Shown here: positions 11,485 to 21,280 of the stretch, piece after piece | Position numbering within the stretch: the first letter of the stretch is position 1 | How the letters are laid out: each line of letters opens with the position of its first letter | NCBI RefSeq assembly: GCF_001194135.2 | Contig: NC_068998.1 | Coordinates: 40,465,992-40,498,088, forward strand | Length of the DNA stretch: 32,097 bases | From: Octopus bimaculoides | Taxonomy: Eukaryota | Reading direction: 5' to 3' | Translations under genes and position numbers: made by a program | Notes under the pieces: generated by a model | Seen by the model: the letters and a program-made list of their open reading frames with translations, nothing else | Databases searched by the model: none | Told to the model about the DNA's origin: nothing

Positions 11485-12070
11485 GAGCTAGCATGTTCTG
11501 CTGGATGTGCAATGTCAGTGTGCACATATGACAGAGTGTAAGTGTCTTAACCCTTTAGCATTCACATTATTCTGTCAAACATAATTCTTATTTATTCCCA
11601 TTGATTTGAATTCAATCATGCATTATCTTGTAGCTTTGAGATTTTGATGAGGTAGCTGTTAATTTTTAGAATGATACTGTAGGGTTGATGTGAGAGGCCA
11701 CATCTGACCAGTTTGTGCATAAAAAAGGTTGAATATTTTGGCTGGCTATGGCTGGATTATATGCTAAAGGGTTAAGAGAAAAATAGGGGATAGAAGGCAT
11801 CAGATGTAGTGTGCAAGAGAGAAGACTGATCTCTAAGTGTGGAGGGAACCAGTGGAAGAGGTAAACCCAGGAAGAGGTGGGACGAGGTGGTGAAATATGA
11901 TCTTCAGTTGTTGAGTGTCTCAGAGGCGATGACAAGTGACCAAGATTTGTGACGATTTGCTGTGTTTGAGAAGATATGTCAAGCTAAGTGACATCATAGT
12001 TGCAGCCAGTGCCGGTGACACATAAAAGGCACTCATGCCAGTGACATGTAAAAGACACCCAGTACACCCT
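11485..12070 (+). mobile_element. RTE-clade LINE 3' fragment (pseudogenised ORF end), interrupted by a MITE
   Basis: From 11493: MFCWMCNVSVHI*QSVSVL | REK*GIEGIRCSVQERRL. From 11839 to 11991: VEGTSGRGKPRKRWDEVVKYDLQLLSVSEAMTSDQDL*RFAVFEKICQAK*, which carries the RTE C-terminal GRGRPRKTW-type motif. The gccagtg/gtggcac-type 3'UTR follows. Confidence 0.85.
11547..11775. mobile_element. piggyBac-type MITE with TTAA target-site duplication
   Basis: TTAA at 11547-50, then ccctttagcat ... atgctaaaggg, then TTAA at 11772-75. The 11-bp TIR is perfect with CCC/GGG ends. Removing the insert restores the RTE frame (gtc tta aga gaa). Confidence 0.9.
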
Positions 12071-12284
12071 CATTATGCCACATTTCCCTGAACCTAACAC
12101 TTTGCACCCCTCTCATTTTATAATGTAATAGCCCAACCCCCGTAATCGGTCCATTATCATTTTTTTATTGAAATCCAATTAGCCTATAATTGAACTGGAT
12201 GTTAGTTCAACATGGATACGAAGTTTGCTAAAGATTGGTTTGGTGGTTTGATGGTTTGGGCAGCAAGATGGTAACAGACAGAAG

Positions 12285-12358
12285 TTGCCATTTATATATC
12301 AAGATATTCATATACATATTCACACACACACACATATGTATGTGTATGTATATATATA

Positions 12359-12417
<59 letters not shown>

Positions 12418-12480
12418 CTTTATGTATGTATGTATGTATGTATGCATGTACATATGTATGTACATACATATGTACATTTG
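12285..12480. repeat. Compound (CA)/(TG)/(TA)/(TATG) microsatellite
   Basis: Read directly. Confidence 0.95.
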
Positions 12481-12600
12481 ATGCCTCTCAGCACAGTTTC
12501 TATCTACCAAATTTCATTCACAAGATTTGGGTTGATTTGAAACTTTGGTAGAAGACACTTGCCAAAGACAACCCCACATGGTGTGATTGGAAATGGAACC
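12480..12600 (-). mobile_element. SINE family B 5' half, degenerate
   Basis: cagtttctatctaccaaatttcattcacaag...gtagaagacacttgcc. Confidence 0.7.
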
Positions 12601-12667
12601 TTATCACCATGAAGTTAATATCTCACCTACACTTCTATGTTTGTACCCATTTCTTCTCAATTCTTAC

Positions 12668-12780
12668 TACATAATTTCTCCCGCTGCAGTTCTTCTGCCA
12701 ATTCTTGGCTCTTATCTCTGTACTTTTGCCAAACATAGTAATACATTTTCCATTTGGTAACTCTTTCACTACCATTCCAC
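12668..12780 (-). CDS. Candidate 113-nt exon with two open frames (WNGSERVTKWKMYYYVWQKYRDKSQELAEELQREKLC or GMVVKELPNGKCITMFGKSTEIRAKNWQKNCSGRNYV)
   Basis: Non-repetitive island richer in GC than its flanks. Acceptor tttacag is modest; donor gta|gtaaga is strong. Confidence 0.4.
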
Positions 12781-13121
12781 CTGTAAACTATTCTGTACAG
12801 TACAAGTGGAGCAGATATTTTCAGTTTATGAGACAAGTATTGATTCAATTTTGATAAATTAATATATAATTTAATAAATTCTCTTTAAATTTATAATTGA
12901 ATCCCTTTGATGCCAAACAGCCTGTGACCACCTCTGGTTCTCTGACACCATTTTTATGCTTTAAAGTTTTCATATTTTAATTAAAACCTTAATTTTTAAT
13001 TAAAGCTATAATAATTATATATAAGAACCTATGCTATTTTGCAAACACTGGATTTAATAATGGAAAGTTATTTTGTAAAAATAACTTCAATTTGTTGGTT
13101 TTGTTTTTTTTGTTTATTCAC

Positions 13122-13307
13122 CAAAGCATTGTGTTATCTAAACAGAAATATAATCATGAAATATGGGTAGAGTACGATCAAACTGAGAAAGAGAGGGAGT
13201 AGAGATGCCTACATCAGAGGTGTAAAGAAATCCTCCATCAAGAAGTATCAAATTTTTATTATCTTCTCCAACACAGTATCCTGACTTTGACTGTATGATT
13301 CTTTCTA
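13122..13307 (-). CDS. Candidate exons 13213-13307 (ERIIQSKSGYCVGEDNKNLILLDGGFLYTSD) and 13122-13137 (ITQCF), separated by a 75-nt intron
   Basis: Donors gat|gtaggc and ttg|gtgaat; acceptor tatttctgtttag. The upstream acceptor abuts a SINE, which weakens the call. Confidence 0.27.
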
Positions 13308-13320
13308 CTATAGGCAGGTG

Positions 13321-13617
13321 GAGGCGCAATGGCCCAGTGGTTAGGGCAGCAGACTCGCTGTCATAGGACGGCAGTTTCGATTCCCAGACCGGGCGTTGTG
13401 AGTGTTTATTGAGCGAAAACACCTAAAACTCCACGAGGCTCCGGCAGGGGATGGTGGTGAACCCTGCTGTACTCTTTCACCACAACTTTCTCTCACTCTT
13501 ACTTCCTGTTTCTGTTGTGCCTGTAATTCAAAGGGTCAGCCTTGTCACACTGTGTCATGCTGAATATTCCTGAGAACTACATTAAGGGTACACGTGTATG
13601 TGGAGTGCTCAGCCATT
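13321..13617 (+). mobile_element. tRNA-derived SINE, family C, truncated by the gap
   Basis: A-box-like tggcccagtggttagg and B-box-like gtttcgattccc, followed by a long non-tRNA body. Confidence 0.8.
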
Positions 13618-14064
13618 NNNNNNNNNNNNNNNNNNNNNNNNNNNNNNNNNNNNNNNNNNNNNNNNNNNNNNNNNNNNNNNNNNNNNNNNNNNNNNNNNNN
13701 NNNNNNNNNNNNNNNNNNNNNNNNNNNNNNNNNNNNNNNNNNNNNNNNNNNNNNNNNNNNNNNNNNNNNNNNNNNNNNNNNNNNNNNNNNNNNNNNNNNN
13801 NNNNNNNNNNNNNNNNNNNNNNNNNNNNNNNNNNNNNNNNNNNNNNNNNNNNNNNNNNNNNNNNNNNNNNNNNNNNNNNNNNNNNNNNNNNNNNNNNNNN
13901 NNNNNNNNNNNNNNNNNNNNNNNNNNNNNNNNNNNNNNNNNNNNNNNNNNNNNNNNNNNNNNNNNNNNNNNNNNNNNNNNNNNNNNNNNNNNNNNNNNNN
14001 NNNNNNNNNNNNNNNNNNNNNNNNNNNNNNNNNNNNNNNNNNNNNNNNNNNNNNNNNNNNNNNN
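13618..14064. other. Assembly gap
   Basis: N run. Confidence 1.
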
Positions 14065-14247
14065 TTATGTTATGATTTTACTTACTCCATGTACCCACAT
14101 GGGGATTAACACATACTTTAAGAAATTATTATTTCTTATATTTAATTGTTTATGTTATGATTTTACTTACTCCATGTACCCACATGGGGATTAACACATA
14201 CTTTAAGAAAGGGGATTAACACATACTTTAAGAAAGGGGATTAACAC
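14065..14247. repeat. Perfect nested tandem duplications (61 bp at period 85; 25-bp unit x2.5)
   Basis: 14065-14125 is identical to 14150-14210. ggggattaacacatactttaagaaa occurs at 14186 and 14211, with a partial copy at 14236. Confidence 0.9.
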
Positions 14248-14249
14248 CA

Positions 14250-14660
14250 GCAGTGATACTTTGTCTTCTGTAGTGAAGGCCTGGATAGGACGAGCCACAC
14301 TTTTCAGAAATGCTGACAGCTTAAAGATGGTGCAAATGTTTTCCACAAACTCAGCATATTGACTAAAATGTTTGTTGTCTCTCATCTCTGAAATCAGAGA
14401 TTTTCCTTTAGAAAGAGCTTCATTAGCAAACACCACTGACATTCTGATCTTCTCCAAGGTTCAGTAATCCCTTATATGCTTCCTCCTGTACATCAAGGAC
14501 CTATTTTCTGTCATATCCAGCAACACAAACTTCTACACATATACTGCAGTTCATATCCCTCTAACTTTTCACATCCAACCAAGGTACTTCATGCCATACC
14601 TACACCAACTCCATGAACAGAGAACTTAAAAATATCCTCTAGTGGAGTGAATCTTGTCTC
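14250..14660 (+). mobile_element. Degenerate non-LTR (CR1/L2/Jockey-like) reverse transcriptase relic
   Basis: ctc caa ggt tca gta atc cct encodes LQGSVIP (the PQGS motif). After a frameshift comes CFLLYIKDLFSVISSNTNFY, matching the LFLLYINDL motif. YADD itself is eroded. Confidence 0.62.
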
Positions 14661-14708
14661 CTTCAACAGCGTAAAGACACAATCACTACACAAATCAAGA
14701 AAATAATA

Positions 14709-14990
14709 TCGTTGCCAGTGCCGCTGGACTGGCTCCTACGCAGGTGGTACGTAAAATACACCATTTCGAGCGTGGCCGTTGCCAGTACCTCCTGACTGGC
14801 CTTCATGCTGGTGGCACGTAAAAGCACTCTCGGAGTGGTTGGCATTAGGAAGGGCATCCAGCTGTAGAAACTCTGCCAGATCAGATTGGAGCCTGGTGCA
14901 GCCATCTGGTTTGCCAGTCTTCAGTCAAATCGTCCAACCCATGCTAGCATGGAAAGCGGACGTTAAACGATGATGACGATGATGATGATT
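14709..14990 (+). mobile_element. RTE-type LINE/SINE 3' end with (GAT)n tail
   Basis: Same gttgccagtgcc / gtggcacgtaaaa / accatttcgagcgtggcc units as 10043-10238, then ggcattaggaagggcatccagctgtagaaac and ...ggacgttaaacgatgatgacgatgatgat. Confidence 0.85.
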
Positions 14991-15019
14991 TTTTATTTAG
15001 ACACAAAGCAGTAATTTTG

Positions 15020-15200
15020 AGCTGACGGATAATACGATGCCATCGACCTCAGTACTCGTCTGATAGTTTCTTTTATTGGCTTTGAAAGGACGAAGGGCAA
15101 ATTTTATATCGGTGAGATTCGAACTCACAATGTAAAGAGTGGGAACAAATACCGCAAGGCAATTTTTCCTTCGCTCTAATGATTGTGCCAAGCCGCTAAC
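15020..15200 (-). mobile_element. SINE family A, diverged
   Basis: atcgacctcagtactc, aaaggacgaagggcaaa, gagattcgaactcacaatgtaaag and tgattgtgccaagccgc are reverse complements of the family core, B-box and head. Confidence 0.75.
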
Positions 15201-16409
15201 AACAAACAATAGATAATTAAAATTAAAACAGCAGGATGTAATTTGATGGAGATTTTTCTACTATTTCTAGAAGATCGAACGCTTACACAGATGATCGTGT
15301 ATTGGCTGTCCTAGAACTGAATAAAACTCAAAGGTAGTGCGCATCACCGTAAGTCAATTCTGTAAAACAATATATATTATCGCTTGTTTCTTATCTTGAG
15401 AAGGAAGTAAATTAGTCGGAAAATATTCAGAGTTGTTTCCCTTAGATGCCTGTGATGCAAAGGATCTAAGAAAAATAACTCAACTTGGCATAAGCTAGGA
15501 TTTTATTTCAAAAGCATTTTGTATATCTTACTTAACATGGATATACTATAAAAAGCCACAGCACTGCGATATTCGTCTTGAAAAAGCATCTCATATTGAT
15601 GTTTAGTGCTAAAAAGTACAGAAGTATATCGGTAGCGGACGAAAAGCATCCAACAGCGGGTTTTAATATCTTTTTAAAAAATATTTCCTATTCGGAGCAA
15701 ATAGGTTTTAAGACGTTTTGTAAGAAATTAATAATTTATTATTTATTATACACGTAAATCACGACTCAACAACGAAGGAAATGTGATATTGAGACATCTA
15801 ATATCCTTATGTAGCAAATTAACGTTGCAAATGAATTGTAAGGGAAAGGAACTAGAGCGAGTTCTTAACCAGCCAGAAACTTAGTCCTTGCTGTTCATCG
15901 TTGACTACTGTTTGAAATATCATTGTTTAAATTATAAAATAAAATAGATTTATAGATATTTGATTTAAAATGTCTATTGCATTTGTTATGGATCGTCAGC
16001 TGAACAATAAAAGCAGTTCGTCTCAGGTCCCATTTTTGTTTCGTCTCAGTGGTTACAAAAGCATGTTAAGAATAATGTATTTCGTTGCTTACAACGTGGG
16101 ACATTAACTCACTAAATAGAGAAGGAAAGAAACAGAATGCTGTTAAGGCTTGTAACGCGCGCGTGCGTGCGCACACACACACTCTTCCTCTTGCTTTATT
16201 TGACCTATCCCTTGATTGCATTTTTGTTAGTTATATTCAACCGGAAAAACCTAGTAGATAAAAAGAGGATTCGACCCCGAGGCTTGTACCTTCCCTTTCA
16301 CCATTTCGGCCGCATGGAAAGAATACATTCTAGAATTTTATTAAATATCGTATTCTGCATTATTATAATTCTACGTGTTTATTTACTTGACATGTTTACA
16401 AACAGTATC

Positions 16410-17015
16410 TGATTCCCGTGAATGTTTCATAACCCAGGATAAGTGTTGACTTCATCACTTTGAGCTAGAAATAAAGAGACAATCCATGCCTTGGAAACAC
16501 CACTCCTCACCTGCTCCAGAGAAGTCCAACGTCGTTTCATACGCAAAAAAAGGTGATGACCTCAGTTTTGGGGATGCAAAAGGTATTGTATTTGACTATC
16601 TTCAAAAGGGCCACATCATCAATGGAGAGTACTATGCCAACTTTCTGAGGCAGTTACGGAAGTCTGTCACGACCAAGCAGTCAGGAAATCTGACGAAAGG
16701 AATCTTGTTTCATCAGGACAATGCTCCAGCACACGAGTCTTGGCTGCTGTGCGTGATTGTGGCTTTGAACTGGTTGATCAGTCTTCCTATTCTCCTGATT
16801 TGTTCCCATCAGACTATCATCTACTCCACAAGATGAAAAAGCACTTGGCTGGGAACCAGTATCACAGTGATGATGACGTCATGTCTGCTGCTGTTGATTT
16901 TCTTTTACCAACATGATGATAGCTTCTTCACCAATGGGATGCATGCACTGCAACACCGAGGGAGACTATGTTGGAAAATAAACTTAGCCTCTGAACTTTT
17001 CAGCCCAACCTCGTA
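16410..17015 (+). mobile_element. Mariner (Tc1/mariner, DD34D type) transposase relic, 5'-truncated, with right TIR
   Basis: FITQDKC*LHHFELEIKRQSMPWKH (first D region, from 16426), ...YLQKGHIINGEYYANFL...ILFHQDNAPAH, then a frameshift, then AAVRDCGFELVDQSSYSPDLFPSDYHL. The ORF ends ...gactatgttggaaaataa, and the terminus tgaacttttcagcccaacctcg ends in TA at 17014-15. Confidence 0.93.
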
Positions 17016-17690
17016 AGAATACCATATAGTTCCTATACCACATGGTAAGTAATCCAGTAGAAGTATACTTTCGAAGTATACCAGAGTAAGTATAGCATAC
17101 ATAGTAAATATATCAGAGTAACCAATCTGGTTACTAGGTATATTTACCAATCTAGAAAAACTGTTCTGTGGGTTACACGTGGATGTCATGGGTTAGACTG
17201 ATCAGAGCTGGCCTCAATTTACATCCAGTCCGTTCATCCCGAATTTTGAGCGTCAACCTATATTTCTACAATATTTCGTTGATCTTGGAGGTTCGGTTGG
17301 GGCCTGCAAAAGCTATGGACACTGTCTCTTCTTTCATGATCAAATCACAGAAATAAAAGCATTAAGAATATCATAACAATCACCATCGCCACCACTCAGT
17401 GCTGCCTTAACGGATGGGCACACTGGGCAGTCGCCTCGGAACTCTTACAGGTCTAGAAGTCCCAATTCTAATCTATGTATTGCTGTCAATAAAATATATT
17501 ACAGAGCCCAGAGCATTGATTTTCCCGAGGCATTGACTTGCCCGAGTGTTTATAATGCTACTAAAACGGCCCTACCACTAGTACAACCACCACCAACACA
17601 ACCACCAGTGCTACTCCTTCGCAACACCAATACAACTAGTTCACCACTAGAACTATTGCAATCAACATCGTAATCTTCTCTTGTAGCTCT

Positions 17691-17900
17691 AAGGCAGTGG
17701 GCTGGCAGAATCGTTTGCACGTCGGGCAAAACGCTAAGCAGTATTTTGTCCGTCTGAGTTCAAATTCCGCCGAGGTCGACTTTGCCTTTCATACTTTTGG
17801 GGTCAATAAAATAAGTACCAGTTGAACACTGGGGTCGATGTAATCGATTTGCCCTCTCACCCGAAACTGCTGGCCTTGTGCTAAAATTTTGAAACCAATA
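17691..17900 (+). mobile_element. SINE family A
   Basis: gctggcagaatcgtttgcacgtcgggc...ctgagttcaaattccgccgaggtcgactttgcctttcat...ggccttgtgctaaaattttgaaacc. Confidence 0.9.
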
Positions 17901-17907
17901 TGTTCTG

Positions 17908-18100
17908 GTAGCTCGACCTGTTAGAAACAGTCTTCAAACTGCTCTCAAATCATATTCCTCTTTCTTCATAAAAAGAAGTTAAGGGTGAATATTAGATAAT
18001 TTCCTTCTAGACAGTCTTAAATAAAGATTGGATAATCATGGGTGGAACGTCTTCCAACGTTGTCAGCTCTGTCAAGGTTGACATGGAGCTAAACAGTAAC
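17908..18100. repeat. Probable interspersed repeat of unclassified family
   Basis: agctcgacctgttagaaac...ggagctaaacagtaac. Recognised by pattern only, with partial resemblance to about 7640-7720. Confidence 0.4.
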
Positions 18101-19613
18101 AACCTTCGCCAACACCGCTATAACTATTGCCACAACATCTACCACGACGACCACCACCACCACCACCGCTATAACTACTGTAACTACTTCTCCACCAGGC
18201 CCCTTCGAGGTCAATAGTGTTTGACAAACCAAACATAAACCCCTTCCTACCTTCTGCGCTACAGTTCAGTCAACAACATACCATTCACCATGTAATCCAA
18301 GGCCAAAGTTTTGAAAATCAAACGAAATCTGGAAAGACAAAGACAAAACCACCTGCCAGCCTCAACCTTCGCTCTTCCCCACTATTTCTTTCCTTTATTT
18401 CCATCTCTTCCGCCACCTTAACCGTCCGCATTCTTCATTACTATCTTCTTCCGCCTTTTCTTTTCCACTCATTGCCTTCAGCTCCTCTACTGTCTCAATC
18501 TCCACTTCCATTCTCTACCAAATGCAAATAAAAACGGTGAAGAGGTGCAGTATTTGGTTCGTTTGAATATATGTACATATAGAGGAGTTGTATATGTGTA
18601 TGTAGGTAGATGTATGTGTGACACTGATTATGTGAAAATATATGTGAGTTTATGAATTGAATGTGCACATGCACTCGTATATATGTGTATTTTTTCTTAT
18701 GTAATTTTGTGTGTATTGTACATGCCTTTACGTATGTGAGTGTTTATGTGTAAGCGTATATATTTGCATATGTGCATGTGTTTGTGTGTGTGTGTTTGAA
18801 TGAGTTTTTGCATTTATGTGTGTATGTTTTGGGAGGTCTATTTTATGACATAATAATTCATGGGGTGCCCACAGAACAGCGACAATCCAAACAATAACGC
18901 ATCTATTCATTCTTATTAATTCATGCAGATTCGAGCGTGAATATCTGGTCGCTGGAGAATACTTCTTCCCTTTAGACATTGTATATTTATAACACACGGT
19001 TTACCAGTTCAAAGAGGACATTCAGACACCGCGTAGTTTCGACTTCGTTGTGTCTTCTCAGTCAAAACCACTCTACCGGGCTGATGAACTAACGAGATCA
19101 CGAGCTCTTATATGTAGAAATCAGCCAAAAAATATTATTGTTGATGTGTATTCAAAAAACACACGATTCACCGATGTAAAGGGACTTCGAAATACATTGT
19201 CTAAAGAGAGGGGGTGTTCTCAGATAAAAAGACAGACACTAGTCAGACATTCACATATCTATATATATATAAAAGAGAGTTTGTATGTGTGTGTGTGCGT
19301 GTGCGAGCGCGCGTGCATGTGCATATGTTCTTTATGCATTCAAAAACTGAGTTGTCGATTTTGACGTATGGGGTGTCAAAAGATTCAGTAATCTTTTGGC
19401 TACCAAATAAACTTTAATTTCTTTTACATATTTTCTACGTTATCTCAACAACCAGCTGTAGTTATTTGGAAGACACTATTCTACAACGACCAGGTTTCAA
19501 TAGAAAGTGAAAATGGTTTCACACTTTCAATTTGAACCAAAATTACGAAGTGTTACATTACGAGAGTGACAATGTATGAATAATGAAAGTAATGTTTCTC
19601 CGAATTAGTCACA

Positions 19614-19828
19614 TCTGTACTATAATAAAGAAAGCTGCTTATCGTCTATATATATATATAAAGGCTACCAAATAAACTGTTTTTGGCACAACAACTCTTT
19701 TTTTACTACTAAAATAACCTCGAAATGAGGTCGGGTCGCACAATTTTGAGGTCCTTCTCGAGCAATATTTCAATTTGCTTCTAATGTTTCACTTTCGTTC
19801 GATGTTTCACGCAAGCATAGAATTCTAG
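19614..19828 (+). mobile_element. Possible short non-autonomous Helitron
   Basis: 5' A|TC(tgtactataataaag), an internal tctatatatatatataaag, and a 3' degenerate hairpin atgtttcacgcaagcat shortly before CTAG|T at 19825-29. Confidence 0.35.
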
Positions 19829-20145
19829 TCAGACAACCATTTATGAAGATGTACACATAAATATTGTTTTAAAGTAAGCCACAACCAAAAAAATTCATTA
19901 AAAGACATCCAATGTGGCTGAAGTTCATAACACCCAGGCAACGACCTAATTCATTCGTGGTCCGAATTCACTCAGGCTTTTTTCGCGATAAAACGGCTGT
20001 ACTTGTAGCCTCCGTTCACAGAAAGTTATTGTGATTGTCACCAGACTATCATGTGAACAAAAAGTTCTGATTGGCTGAAATGGGGTCTGCACGCATAAGA
20101 AAATCGAGATTTCCACGTGGTCGAAAATAGGGTCGAAATCCATTT

Positions 20146-20298
20146 AACGTTCTGAGCTTAAATTCCGCTGAGGTCGGCTTTACCTTTCATCCTTTCGGGG
20201 TCGATAAAGTAAGTACCAGTTGAGCACTGAGATCGATCTAATCGGTTTACCCCTTCCCCCGAAATTTCTGGTCTTGTGCCAAAATTTCCGAACCAATA
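20146..20298 (+). mobile_element. SINE family A, 5'-truncated
   Basis: acgttctgagcttaaattccgctgaggtcggctttacctttcatcctttcggggtcgataaagtaagtaccag. Confidence 0.88.
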
Positions 20299-20719
20299 CT
20301 ATGCAAGAAACTAACCATGAGCAGCCATAACAGCATTGACAACAACACTATCAATCATAAGAATTGATAAAAAATTTCAATAACATGAGTGACATTAACT
20401 TCAACATCATCACCGTCACCACCACCAACAACAACAACAATGAAGCAACTTCTGCTATTTCCGTTTTGGCCTCTCTGTTTCCATTAGAAGAGCTGGTGGG
20501 AAACAACGGTGGAGACAATGGATGGGGTTAGGCGGGAGTGAAGTGGGGGTACGGTGGGATTACATGTTGTGTGTCTTTCTGCCAAGTGAGGGACTGGTGA
20601 GTGTACGGTACATTAGCAGAAGGATTAAGGAATGAGGAAAGAGAGGGAGAAAGAAAGGAATTTTACTGGTGGCAGTCTTTTTTGCACAACTTCTGCATTA
20701 TACTTGATTGACAAACTAC

Positions 20720-20810
20720 ATACACTCACACACACATATACTCACACGTTCATACATACATACATACACACCCACATATATACACATACACAGATATNNN
20801 NNNNNNNNNN

Positions 20811-20844
<34 letters not shown>

Positions 20845-21280
20845 GGCATACATATGTAAATGCATGCCACGTATATATGTACACACACATACAATCGCAT
20901 ACATATATGCATATATATATATATATATACACAAACATATATACATACATACGTGTGTGTGTGCATGTATATATATGTATGTATACATGCATATACATAT
21001 GCCTACTCACACATACACACACGTGTATATATATATGTATGTATGTATGTATGTATATATGTATATGTGTGTGTGTGTATGTATACAATCCATGTATACT
21101 AGTGAGTGTCTGTGTACGCGTAAACAAGTATATGTCCAATTCATAAACATATATACATTCATGTTGGTGTACGTGTGCATATACATATGTATGCGTGTGT
21201 GTGTTAGTGTGTGTGTGTGTGTGTGTGTATTAGCGTAGTGGTACATACACATACATCTGCATACACAAATGCACATATTT
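20720..21280. repeat. Long compound (CA)/(TA)/(TG) microsatellite including a 13-N gap at 20798-20810
   Basis: Read directly. It explains the many YIYI/HTHT ORFs. Confidence 0.95.

Noticed and set aside
13321-13395. tRNA gene
   Set aside because: A/B boxes are present, but I cannot fold a convincing cloverleaf and the sequence continues into a SINE body. The same applies to the heads at 22561 and 28300-28360.
14203-14457. 84-aa minus-strand ORF as a host exon
   Set aside because: The opposite strand carries LINE RT motifs (QGSV, FLLYIKDL), so this is antisense to a retroelement relic.
18728-18997. ORF with signal-peptide-like MNRCVIVWIVAVLWA
   Set aside because: No usable donor site, and it runs into a (CA)n tract.
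19021-19070. Second hammerhead-like motif on the minus strand (CUGAGAA GAC...GUC GAAAC...GUC)
   Set aside because: The core lacks one nucleotide, and stems I and III do not pair convincingly. At most it is a heavily decayed PLE remnant.
20060-20125. CCAAT-box (ctgattggct) and E-box (ccacgtgg) as a promoter
   Set aside because: These short motifs are expected by chance, and no associated transcript start can be inferred.
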